Assembly: GCA_002702965.1 (NCBI GenBank)
Contig: PADE01000179.1
Location: 1-49,657, forward strand
Length of the DNA stretch: 49,657 nucleotides
Source: Planctomycetaceae bacterium
GTDB taxonomy: Bacteria > Planctomycetota > Planctomycetia > Pirellulales > Pirellulaceae
Direction of reading: 5' to 3'
A program made the translations under genes and the position numbers. How positions within the stretch are numbered: the first letter of the stretch is position 1; each line of letters begins with the position of its first letter. Under the pieces are notes generated by a model. The model saw only the letters and a program-made list of their open reading frames with translations. It had not been told where the DNA came from and did not search any database. Below, one piece after another: positions 24,472 through 33,254 of this stretch.

Positions 24472-26628
24472 CTATCCGGTGCAGAGGATTTTCCAGCAGC
24501 GATGGATGCGGCGGTTGCGGTAGTCTTCGGGAACCGTCTGCCGACTGATTTCGACGACCTCGGCCGGTCCGATTCGCTCCGCGTCAAATTTGAAGCGGCG
24601 GAAATTTGTCGAGAAGAAAATCACGCCGCCCGGTCGCATCACGCGGAGTACCCCGTTGAGTAGTTCTGCGTAGTTTCGCTGCACCGACCAATCGGATTCG
24701 GTCCGCTTGCTGTTCGAGAAAGTGGGCGGATCGACCACTGCCAGGTCGAACGTCGGTTGCGACGGCAAACCCCGAACATAGCTCACCACGTCGGCGCGGA
24801 CCAGCGCGTGTTGTGGGGTACCGAATCCGTTGAGTTGCAGATTCCGGCGCGACCAATCGAGATAGGTTGGTGACAGGTCGACGGTCGTAGTTTGCGCCGC
24901 GCCGCCACTGGCCGCGTACACCGTGAAGGCGCCCGTGTAACCGAAGAGATTCAAGAACCGAGTTCCCGCCGCGGCGCGTTGGACCAGCGATCGGGTGATG
25001 CGGTGGTCGAGGAAAAGTCCCGTGTCGACATAGTCGGACAGATTGACCAGGAACTGCAGTCCCGCTTCGCGCACGGTGATTTCGTGGCGCCGGTGATCCA
25101 ACCGAGGGTGCTGTAACGCGCCGCGTTGAGGCCGCTTGTGTTTGAAAAAGACACACGGCCGCTCGATCCCTAATGTGGTGGCCGCGGTCCGTAGCATCAG
25201 GTCCAGCCAATCGGCGTGTTGGGCGCGATTTCGCTCGTGCGGCCGGTCGTATTCGACCACGTGCAAGTGGTCTTCGTAGCGATCGACGCTCAGCGGAATT
25301 TCTGGAATGTCGCGGTCGTAGATTCGGAAGCAGGAGATACCCCGTTTCCGCGGCCAGCGGCGCAGGTGGCGCGCTCGCTTTGCCAGGCGGCGTTGAAACA
25401 GCTCGGCCTGATGGTGTCCCTTGGCGGTCAAGCCACCAAACACGGACGCCGTGTCCTCGATCAGCCGGCCGGCAGTAGCGGATTGCGCCGTTGCGGGACG
25501 GGGCGGTCGAGGGCCGTGAAATTGATAGTAGGTACACTCGATACGACCGTTGTACAGCTTGCGTCGTCGCTCGGCTTGGCGCTCGACCAGTTGTTCGAAA
25601 TGTGGGTGCGCGGTGAGTACAAAGTGGGACCAGCTGGGAAGTCTGCGGAGGACTTCGGGAATCGAGCGATAGAGGCTCGCGAGGGGGCCGCTCTCCAGGC
25701 GTTGTCCGTAGGGTGGATTCGTTACCACGCATCCGTATGTTCGTTGACTTCGCAAATCCCCAAACGTTCGCTGTTGAAAATGCACCTGGCCGTCGACGCC
25801 GGCAGCGACGGCGTTTTCGCGGGCGGCTGCCACGGCCGGGCCGCTCGAATCGGTGCCCACCAGGCGTTCGGTTGGTGGCTGGCGCAACAGGTCGCGCGTT
25901 TCACGGCGGGCTTCGCTCCACGTGGCGATTGCGAGGTGCGGCCAGGCTTCGGCGGCAAACTGCCGTTCGAGTCCGGGGGCCATATTGCGCGCCATGCGGG
26001 CGGCTTCGATGACGATCGTACCGCCGCCGCAAAAGGGGTCCAACAGGGGGCGTTGGGGATTCCAGAAGCTCAATTCCAGTAGCGCCGCAGCGAGTGTTTC
26101 TTTGAGGGGCGCCGGCGCCGCCCGTCGCCGGTAGCCGCGCTTGTGCAAGCTGGGGCCCGTGGTATCCAGGGTCAGCGTCGCCACATTGTTCAGCAGCGCG
26201 ACCTGAATTTTGAACAGGGGTCCCTGCTCCTCCAGCAACTGGCAGCGGTGGCTCCGTTGGAGACTTTCCACGACCGCCTTTTTCACGGTTCGCTGGCAGG
26301 CGGGTACGCTCGACAACTGCGAGTTCAGCGAGCGGCCAACGACTGGAAAGGCGCCGTCTTGACCGATCCACTCGTGCCAGGCTACCGCGCGGGTGGTCTC
26401 GAACAGCGTATCGAAATCGGCCGCCTCAAAACGGGCCATCTCGACTAGCACGCGGTCCGCGCAGCGGAGCCATAGATTGGCGCGGCAGATCGCCAGCTGA
26501 TCTCCCTTAAAGCGAATCCAGCCCGGCCCGATGACCTGTCCCTCGTATCCCAACGCGGCCAGTTCCCGCTTGACGACGGCCTCCAGGCCGAACGCGGTGG
26601 TGGCGATGAGTGTCAGTGGTGTGGTCAT
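24472..26628 (-). CDS. rlmL: Bifunctional 23S rRNA methyltransferase RlmKL-like (THUMP + two class I SAM MTase domains)
   Basis: 718 aa from the ATG at 26626-26628 (MTTPLTLIATTAFGLEAVVKREL...). It has a THUMP-like N-terminus, the NPPY motif VVTNPPYGQRL and a second C-terminal MTase (FLNLFGYTGAFTV, VVDPPTFS). Its size matches E. coli RlmKL. The 866-aa track ORF is an upstream extension that overlaps the DUF1080 gene. Confidence 0.85.
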   Translation of the reverse strand: MTTPLTLIATTAFGLEAVVKRELAALGYEGQVIGPGWIRFKGDQLAICRANLWLRCADRVLVEMARFEAADFDTLFETTRAVAWHEWIGQDGAFPVVGRSLNSQLSSVPACQRTVKKAVVESLQRSHRCQLLEEQGPLFKIQVALLNNVATLTLDTTGPSLHKRGYRRRAAPAPLKETLAAALLELSFWNPQRPLLDPFCGGGTIVIEAARMARNMAPGLERQFAAEAWPHLAIATWSEARRETRDLLRQPPTERLVGTDSSGPAVAAARENAVAAGVDGQVHFQQRTFGDLRSQRTYGCVVTNPPYGQRLESGPLASLYRSIPEVLRRLPSWSHFVLTAHPHFEQLVERQAERRRKLYNGRIECTYYQFHGPRPPRPATAQSATAGRLIEDTASVFGGLTAKGHHQAELFQRRLAKRARHLRRWPRKRGISCFRIYDRDIPEIPLSVDRYEDHLHVVEYDRPHERNRAQHADWLDLMLRTAATTLGIERPCVFFKHKRPQRGALQHPRLDHRRHEITVREAGLQFLVNLSDYVDTGLFLDHRITRSLVQRAAAGTRFLNLFGYTGAFTVYAASGGAAQTTTVDLSPTYLDWSRRNLQLNGFGTPQHALVRADVVSYVRGLPSQPTFDLAVVDPPTFSNSKRTESDWSVQRNYAELLNGVLRVMRPGGVIFFSTNFRRFKFDAERIGPAEVVEISRQTVPEDYRNRRIHRCWKILCTG

Positions 26629-26714
26629 GGACAGGTGGCAGACTCGGATCGTGGGATCGACGACGGCTCGCGTTTTGGGGCGGCGCCGAACGGATTCCCA
26701 TGTCGCGCGAAGTT

Positions 26715-26737
26715 CCGTCGACCCCAGGGGTCGACGG
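26715..26737. repeat. Perfect 23-nt palindrome CCGTCGACCCC-A-GGGGTCGACGG (possible terminator or operator)
   Basis: Read directly from the sequence: 11-nt arms around one central base, containing two GTCGAC cores. It lies in the 191-nt spacer between the DUF1080 stop (26820) and the rlmKL start (26628). Confidence 0.6.
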
Positions 26738-26819
26738 GTGGGAGCCACAGGGGCGAGTCCCGTGGTGGGCAACCGGGCACGCCGCACGCGATGCGGGACA
26801 ACGCCGCTCGGGCAACCGC

Positions 26820-27605
26820 CTAGGGAGCCGCTTTTGTACGGCCGCGGCGTTCGGCGATGCGGCGCAGTTTTTCCTCTTCGGCTTTGCGGATCTCGGGTGA
26901 AATGGGGGCCGGTCGCACGGTTGTATGCGCGATTTTCTCGCCGGTGGGAATCGATCGCAGGCGAAGCGCGCGGTACCAGACCGGATCCCCGTGGTCCTGC
27001 AGAAACAGCTGCCGACCGCGCGCCGGCAGATCGCCACCTCGCCGTTTGAGCAGTGTGACATGCTCGGCCCAACGCTTGTCGGTGTAGTCAAAATCGATCA
27101 CTTTCTCACCGTTGAGCCAGTGCTGGATGATCGATCCCTGACAGACGATACGGGCGTCGTTCCACTTCCCCACCGGTCGTGTCACATCCCGTGACGGAGC
27201 CATGCAGAAATAGAGGGAAGCGGCGCTGGTGCGCGGGTTCTTGCCATCGACGTGGACGGCGTTGTCGAGGATCTGGTATTCGTATTGCCCGGGGCGGTAA
27301 TAGACGCCGCTGTTGCTGCCCCGAGCCACTTTCCACTGAAATCGCAATTCGAAATCATCGGGGACTTTGTCCGCTACGTAGGTCAATCCGCCGCCGCCGC
27401 GGGCTCGAAACAGCGACCGCTCGACAATCGTCCAATTGCCCTGTTGTTTCCAGCCCGAAAAAGAGCGGCCGTCGAACAGCAGGCGGAAGCCGGCACCCCG
27501 CTCGGTGGGCGTCAAGCGGGCCGCCGGTTGCCCGACCAGCGGTGTGCCCCATACCATCGCCAGGCACAAGCCCAGCGCACGTGGAACCGCGGTCGAGTGG
27601 GTCAT
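26820..27605 (-). CDS. DUF1080 (3-keto-disaccharide hydrolase-like, concanavalin fold) secreted protein
   Basis: Signal peptide, FRLLFDGRSFSGWKQ, SNSGVYYR and LQDHGDPVWYRALRLRSI are typical DUF1080 blocks. ATG at 27603-27605 follows GGAG. Confidence 0.85.
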   Translation of the reverse strand: MTHSTAVPRALGLCLAMVWGTPLVGQPAARLTPTERGAGFRLLFDGRSFSGWKQQGNWTIVERSLFRARGGGGLTYVADKVPDDFELRFQWKVARGSNSGVYYRPGQYEYQILDNAVHVDGKNPRTSAASLYFCMAPSRDVTRPVGKWNDARIVCQGSIIQHWLNGEKVIDFDYTDKRWAEHVTLLKRRGGDLPARGRQLFLQDHGDPVWYRALRLRSIPTGEKIAHTTVRPAPISPEIRKAEEEKLRRIAERRGRTKAAP

Positions 27606-27696
27606 CGGGTAGACTCCGAAAAGGGTGCGGAGGAAATGTCCATTCGCAGCGGGCGATATCGCGCCCCACCTATTGAAAGGTCGCGCCCAGGAGCTG

Positions 27697-29946
27697 TCAA
27701 GAATCGACCGCTCCGGGAGACTTGCGATCCCACCACATCAGCATCGCCGGCAGGAAGATCAGGTCTCCGATCAGCGCCGCGATGATTGTTGAACATGCCA
27801 TCGCGGCGAAGCTGCGCTGCATGGCCAGATCGCTCGTCAAGACCGTACTGAAACCGGCCACCAGAATCAGCGTGGTCAGGATCAGCGCGGTTCCGACATG
27901 TACGAAGGCGCGGCGAATCGCCTCCGCGGTGGTCTGTCCGGCTGCGCGTTCGAATCGGTAACGCGTCAGGAAGTGGATCGTGTCATCCACCGCGATTCCC
28001 AGGCAGACCACAAACGAGCAGACACTCGCCACGTTCAGCGGCCAACCGACCACGACCAACATGCCGCCGGTGACGGCCAGCGGAAACAGGTTGGGAACCA
28101 CGGTAATCAACCCGATCCGCAGCGATCGATAGACGATCGCCATCACGATCAGAATGATACCTGCGGCGGTACCTAGACTGAGTCCCAGGTCGACGACGAT
28201 CTGGTGCAGTGCCTCGACGCGGTTGACCGGTTCACCCTCTAACGAAAACTCAAATCCGGGATGTCGCTCGGCGAGTTGCTCCAGGTTTGTTTTCAGCCGA
28301 CGAAAAACGGTCTCGTAACGGGCGATTCCCAAATCACGCATACGGACGGTGACCCGCGCCTTTTTTTGAGCCGCATTGTAGTACGATGCGAGCACCCGAT
28401 CGGGCAGCAGGCTCAGCAGCGGCATCCGCTGATCGAGGGGTGTGTCAGCGGGAATCGCGTCGAGCAGATTGCGAATCGAGAGCGGGAACTGGAGCAGCGG
28501 ATTTTCTGCCACAATCAACGCTTCGACGTCGAGAACGGCCCGCATGATGGGGGGCGATTGGTCGGGTGTGGTGGATGTCCAACGGATCAACACATTCACC
28601 AATTCAATGCCTCCCAGTTCGCGGTCGCAATGGCTCAGCGCGGCGTAAGCCGGACTCCCGGTCGGCTGCGCGTCGCGCGTGCGATCGTCGGGACGGAGGG
28701 TGGTGCAGACGGCCGCCAGAAAGAGCGTTGTGATGACACCCAGTACGCTGATCCGCCGCGGTCGATGGAGCAGATAATCGACAAACCAAGACAGCTTTTC
28801 GAGTCCCCGATCGACCAGTTGTTGGCGGTGACCGAGGTGCACCGAGCGCCCCAGTCGAGTGGTGCTGGCGAGCGGGATCACGGTGATCACCGCCAGCAGC
28901 GTGAACAGGACACCGATCGCACACGAGCGGCCGAAGCCCTGAACAAATTCGTTGTTGGCAAGTAGCAGAGACGCAAATCCGATGGCCGTTGTCAAGGAAG
29001 TCAACACGCAGGCGATCCCCACCCGTTCGATCGCCGACCGGGCGGCCTGTAACGGAGTCGACCCCTCGTTGCGGAGGCGGCGGATGTGGACCATCAGGTG
29101 CAAACCGTCGGTCATGCCGATCATCGTGAGGAGCACCGGTAACACCACGCTGGTCAGTGGATTGGAGAGCTCCTGCATCCAGTTCAAGATGCCCCAGGTC
29201 CAGAACACGCCCAGCAGGGGGCCCGCCGAGACAATTAAGACCGTGGCGAGTTTGCGGAACAACAACAGGGAAATCACGAACACCAGCGAGTAGGCGATCA
29301 ACTGGAATTTTTTCCGATTGTGATGAAAGGCGTCGTCGTGGGCGAGAAACAGGGGTACCGGCCCGGTCAGGGAAACTCGGATGGTGGCGTGTGCGTTGCG
29401 GACCGCGCGGCGCGATTCTGCCAGCAGCCGGTCGGTACAGTCCCCGTCGTCGGTCACGGCTACCCAGTCAAACGTCACCGGCATCAGGAGCGTGCGCCCG
29501 TCGGCGGAGATAAGTTGCCCCCCGATCACCGGATGGTGTAGTACTTTTTCACGCGCCAGTCGGAACCGTTGGGGCGAGGCGTCGTCGGGCGGCAGCAGCG
29601 GATCCTCCAGACCGAACGCATTCAAGACGGGAATCCGATCGATCCAGTTGAGGCTCGCCACATAATCGAGCTGTTCGATGGCTCTCGCCATCGATCGCAG
29701 CGCAGTCACCGTTTCCCGGCGGAAGAGATCCTCGACTTCGATCACCAATAGCGCGTCGGGCTGCGGCAGATCAAAGGACGCTCCGCGGCTTCGTAACGCG
29801 ACGTCGTCGCGGAGGTTGCCCGGCGCCTGTGGCGGTGGATGATAGAGTAGCCCGTACGTCGCGACGCCGGTTAACGACAGCATCCCCAGCGCGACCAGGA
29901 AACGGCGGTGAACCAGGAAACACGCGAAACGACCCAATTCAATCAC
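27697..29946 (-). CDS. MMPL/RND-superfamily (HpnN-like) exporter
   Basis: 749 aa with two blocks of about six TM helices, each preceded by a large soluble loop. Sterol-sensing-like segments (LPVLLTMIGMTDGLHLMVHI, FVVCLGIAVDDTIHFLTRY). The start at 29946 is GTG and is uncertain. Confidence 0.8.
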   Translation of the reverse strand: MIELGRFACFLVHRRFLVALGMLSLTGVATYGLLYHPPPQAPGNLRDDVALRSRGASFDLPQPDALLVIEVEDLFRRETVTALRSMARAIEQLDYVASLNWIDRIPVLNAFGLEDPLLPPDDASPQRFRLAREKVLHHPVIGGQLISADGRTLLMPVTFDWVAVTDDGDCTDRLLAESRRAVRNAHATIRVSLTGPVPLFLAHDDAFHHNRKKFQLIAYSLVFVISLLLFRKLATVLIVSAGPLLGVFWTWGILNWMQELSNPLTSVVLPVLLTMIGMTDGLHLMVHIRRLRNEGSTPLQAARSAIERVGIACVLTSLTTAIGFASLLLANNEFVQGFGRSCAIGVLFTLLAVITVIPLASTTRLGRSVHLGHRQQLVDRGLEKLSWFVDYLLHRPRRISVLGVITTLFLAAVCTTLRPDDRTRDAQPTGSPAYAALSHCDRELGGIELVNVLIRWTSTTPDQSPPIMRAVLDVEALIVAENPLLQFPLSIRNLLDAIPADTPLDQRMPLLSLLPDRVLASYYNAAQKKARVTVRMRDLGIARYETVFRRLKTNLEQLAERHPGFEFSLEGEPVNRVEALHQIVVDLGLSLGTAAGIILIVMAIVYRSLRIGLITVVPNLFPLAVTGGMLVVVGWPLNVASVCSFVVCLGIAVDDTIHFLTRYRFERAAGQTTAEAIRRAFVHVGTALILTTLILVAGFSTVLTSDLAMQRSFAAMACSTIIAALIGDLIFLPAMLMWWDRKSPGAVDS

Positions 29947-30041
29947 CGCCAGTCAGTCGAGGAGGTTTGCGGAGCGGGGTGCTGTCCGGAGTCGGCAGGT
30001 CGGTTGAACGGGTCGGAGTCGAAGCCGAGATCCGGGCATCG

Positions 30042-32060
30042 TCAACGGACATCCGAGTCGCGGCGCCGAGCGGATGCGCCCGCTTCGATGAAGGCCTCCT
30101 CCTCGTCGATCGCCAGGTTGTCATCCCGATCGAGGCGGTCGAAAGCAAACCGCGCCAGCGTCTTAGGCAGTTCATCGCGTTCGATTCGGCGGTCGCCATT
30201 CTTGTCAAAACGCGCGACGAATTGTTGCGCCTTGCGGCGGGCACGAGCGTTCTCCTCCGCGGTTCGGCCGTCTTGCCGCGCGCCCGCGTGAACGTCCCGA
30301 TCGCGGGGTACAGCGACTTCAAAATAAGCCAACATCATCTCTTGCCAGGTCTGGTCTCCCCAGCGAACCGTCGCCGTTGGATCAGGATTGACTGGATTGT
30401 TCTCGGAATTGTCAAAGTGCGCAACGCATTCGATTTGCAGACCGGCGTCCAGAGGCAGCGGTTCCTCGAGCGCGTAGGCGTGTTGCCAATTGAAGTCGTA
30501 CTGGGGGACCTCCAGGAGTACCTGTCGTTGGTCGCTCTGCCGGGACGTGAAACGAAACGAGCGACCCCGCACATGCATGTGGGGGGCGATCGCCAACAAG
30601 CGGGCGCCGCTGGGAAACTTGTCGAACATCATCTCGACGCGGTGATTTTCGGCGTGGGGTGGAATCTCAAAGTCGCGGTTGACTCCGATCAACGTGAAGA
30701 CTTCTTCGGTGACCGAATCCGGGTCGGCAAACACGAGTCCGACGCGCGTCAGATCCTGTTGTGGTGATCCCGTCGGTGTGTAGTGAATTTGAAATACGAG
30801 CCGCGAACCGGCGGGCACACGTTTCGCTTGACCGGGCGGCAAACGGAACGTGCCCTGCCCGGGAACGTACGCCGTGAGCCAGCCAATTCCGGTGCGCCGA
30901 ACTCCCGACGGCGGTCGGAAGAAAACGATCACATGGTGCACGACGCTCCGGTTCCCGGGAATCACTTCGGCGGCGGAAATCCACTGGTCACGCTCGAATT
31001 TCGGATCGACGACGAAGTACTGATACTCGACCGTTCCCTGGCTCGGAACGGTGAACGGTGTGTCCCGCATCGCCAGGATCTGGTCGGGCTCAATCGACCG
31101 TTTCCAGCCGCGCCGAAACGTTTCCGGGGGAGGCAGATCATCCGGATTGCCTTGGGGGGCTCCGTCGCGGACCCACTGGAAAATCAGATCCCGTTCGCGG
31201 CGCGTCATGACCCGCGCGTTGCGGAAGCGACCGTACTCGGCGGAGGCGTGCCAAGGTGGCATTCGTCGATTGGCGACAACTTCTGCAATCGTGTCGGCCC
31301 AGCCCACGACCTCGTCGTATCGGGTCAGGCTGAAGGGGGCGATCTCCCCGTCACGGTGGCACTCCACACAGTGCTTTTGAAACAGGCGGGCAATCTGCTG
31401 CGAGTAGGTCACCGGCGCATTTTCGAGCGGTTCCTGGAGGCGCCCAATGTAACAGCCGACGGCAACCGTTTGTGGGCGCCGTACGGCTCGTTGGGCGAGC
31501 AGGTCGTCGAGCGCATCGCGAAGAAATTCTCGTTGCGGTTGGTCGCGGCTGACACCGACGGTGTACTGGTCGTCGACGCGACCTCGGTAGCAGATCCGCC
31601 GCTGCTGGTCGAGCGCGAACACTTCGGGGGTGCGGACCGCGGTCATGCGGTCGGCTAGCTGGTTGCCGACGTCCTTGAGCAGAGGAAACGGGATCCGGTG
31701 ACGCCGCCCATACGCGGCCAGTTCACGGAGCGTGTCCTGACAGTTCGAGTTGATGCCGAGAAAAGTGACTCCGCGCGGTTCGTAGCGGCGCGCCAGTTCG
31801 GCCAGTCGCGTGCCGTACAGTTTGGCCAGTGGACACTCGGTGCCGAGAAAGGCGATCACGACGATGTGCTGAGCCGGGACTGCCGACAAGCGGTAGGTTT
31901 TCCCGTCCACATCTGAAAGCGAAAAGTCGGCGACGACGGTCCCCAGTTGATTCACTTCCGCCGAGCGCGAGTCGTCGGGAGCCGCTAGCGCGAAGTCGTG
32001 AAAGCAGCTTCCCAACAGAATCAAGATCGTTGCCAGCGGTTTGTGAAGATCGACGAACAT
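30042..32060 (-). CDS. Secreted four-domain redox fusion: thioredoxin-like (AhpC/TSA-redoxin) + c-type cytochrome (PSCyt-like) + PHM/DBH-like copper monooxygenase + two EF-hands
   Basis: Signal peptide. FLGTECPLAK redoxin-like site. CVECH heme motif at 31356..31370 within FQKHCVECHRDGEIAPFSL...RRMPPWHA. His/Met pattern VVHHVIVF, FQIHY, APHMHVRG, WQEMM with PHM-like spacing. Canonical EF loops DKNGDRRIERDE (30171..30206) and DRDDNLAIDEEE (30096..30131). Confidence 0.8.
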   Translation of the reverse strand: MFVDLHKPLATILILLGSCFHDFALAAPDDSRSAEVNQLGTVVADFSLSDVDGKTYRLSAVPAQHIVVIAFLGTECPLAKLYGTRLAELARRYEPRGVTFLGINSNCQDTLRELAAYGRRHRIPFPLLKDVGNQLADRMTAVRTPEVFALDQQRRICYRGRVDDQYTVGVSRDQPQREFLRDALDDLLAQRAVRRPQTVAVGCYIGRLQEPLENAPVTYSQQIARLFQKHCVECHRDGEIAPFSLTRYDEVVGWADTIAEVVANRRMPPWHASAEYGRFRNARVMTRRERDLIFQWVRDGAPQGNPDDLPPPETFRRGWKRSIEPDQILAMRDTPFTVPSQGTVEYQYFVVDPKFERDQWISAAEVIPGNRSVVHHVIVFFRPPSGVRRTGIGWLTAYVPGQGTFRLPPGQAKRVPAGSRLVFQIHYTPTGSPQQDLTRVGLVFADPDSVTEEVFTLIGVNRDFEIPPHAENHRVEMMFDKFPSGARLLAIAPHMHVRGRSFRFTSRQSDQRQVLLEVPQYDFNWQHAYALEEPLPLDAGLQIECVAHFDNSENNPVNPDPTATVRWGDQTWQEMMLAYFEVAVPRDRDVHAGARQDGRTAEENARARRKAQQFVARFDKNGDRRIERDELPKTLARFAFDRLDRDDNLAIDEEEAFIEAGASARRRDSDVR

Positions 32061-32165
32061 CAGGCCTTTCCACGAATCAATCGAACGGTGCAGGCGCCAG
32101 GCGTTAAACCCTAGGGACTACCCCACTTGCGGGACTGGGGTTTCAACGGTTGCCCAGACGGTCCG

Positions 32166-33254
32166 CTACTGCCAGCGGAACCAACGCATTGCTAGTGCAA
32201 ATGTGACTACTGTCCACAGGGAAATCAAGCCGATCTCGGGAAGTAGTGCCAACAAAGACACACCATCCTGCATCACACTCCGCAAGCTGTGGATCAGTGG
32301 CGTCAACGGTAGCAGGTTGAGGACCGTCTGCAGAGATGCAGGAAAACGCTCGATCGAATAGAAGACGCCCGATCCAATCCACATCGGTAGCATCACCAGG
32401 TTCATCAACCCGGAGACCGTTTCGGTGGTTTCCGCTCGGCTGGCGACCAACAGTCCGATGCCGCCGAATTGACAGGCGCCCAGGATCACCAGTACCGCGG
32501 CCGCGACGAACGAACCGTGATTGACCACGCCGAACAGCCAGCGGGCGGCGAGGACGAGAATCAGCACCTCGGTGACCGTAAACAGCAGGCGGCTGATCAT
32601 CATCGAACCCAGGAAATGACTGCGTTTCATCGGGGTGGCCAGGTACCGCTTGAGGAGTTTACGAATCCGCAGATTGACAATCGCAAAACCGACCCCCCAC
32701 ATGCCACCTCCCATCAATCCCATTCCCAGCAAGCCGGGAACCAGGAAGTCGATGTAACGGCCACCCGGTTCGCGAACCGTGATGTCCTCGACCGTGGCCG
32801 GATCACGGCGTCCGGCGGCGGTCTGCAACAGGTTGTTGATCACATCCCGCGCCATCACGCTACCGGGGCGCTCGGGGTCGTAGGTGAACGTAAAGTTGCT
32901 CCCACTTTGGCTATCCGTCGACACGATCAACAGGGTCTTGCCTGTCCGCAAACGCTGTCGACAGATTTCCGGAGAGAGGATTTCCACGTCCCCGCCCGGA
33001 CCTACAAACCGCTCGTCCTGTTGGAGGACTTTCTGAATCGCCTCTGCCTGGCTGCCCGCGACGACCGTCACGGCGATCTTATCCACCGGGCGATTACGAA
33101 AAGCGGTTCCCAGCGCAACCATCATCAACAGTGGGAAACCGTACACCCAGAATACGGCCGCCGGTTGTCGCCAAAATTCGCGCATCCGGCTGAGCACGAG
33201 TTGGGTCAGCGGGTGGTTTGCGACGCGGGCGCCGCCCGTGGTCTGTCTATTCAT
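32166..33254 (-). CDS. ABC-2 type transporter permease
   Basis: 362 aa from the ATG at 33252-33254 (MNRQTTGG...HPLTQLVLSRMREFWRQPAAVFWVYGFPLLMMV) with six predicted TM segments. The ATG overlaps the ATPase TGA (ATGA). The 508-aa track ORF is an out-of-context extension. Confidence 0.8.
   Translation of the reverse strand: MNRQTTGGARVANHPLTQLVLSRMREFWRQPAAVFWVYGFPLLMMVALGTAFRNRPVDKIAVTVVAGSQAEAIQKVLQQDERFVGPGGDVEILSPEICRQRLRTGKTLLIVSTDSQSGSNFTFTYDPERPGSVMARDVINNLLQTAAGRRDPATVEDITVREPGGRYIDFLVPGLLGMGLMGGGMWGVGFAIVNLRIRKLLKRYLATPMKRSHFLGSMMISRLLFTVTEVLILVLAARWLFGVVNHGSFVAAAVLVILGACQFGGIGLLVASRAETTETVSGLMNLVMLPMWIGSGVFYSIERFPASLQTVLNLLPLTPLIHSLRSVMQDGVSLLALLPEIGLISLWTVVTFALAMRWFRWQ

Noticed and set aside
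24584-26082. ORFs 24584..25732 (-, 382 aa, alternate frame) and 25216..26082 (+, 288 aa) overlapping rlmKL.
   Set aside because: The rlmKL frame carries the THUMP, NPPY and SAM-binding motifs. The alternatives are Arg/Pro-rich frame shadows.
26629-27072. N-terminal 148-aa extension of the 866-aa track ORF.
   Set aside because: The extension overlaps the 3' end of the well-supported DUF1080 gene and is Arg/Pro-rich. The methyltransferase homology begins at MTTPLTLIATTAFGLE (ATG 26628).
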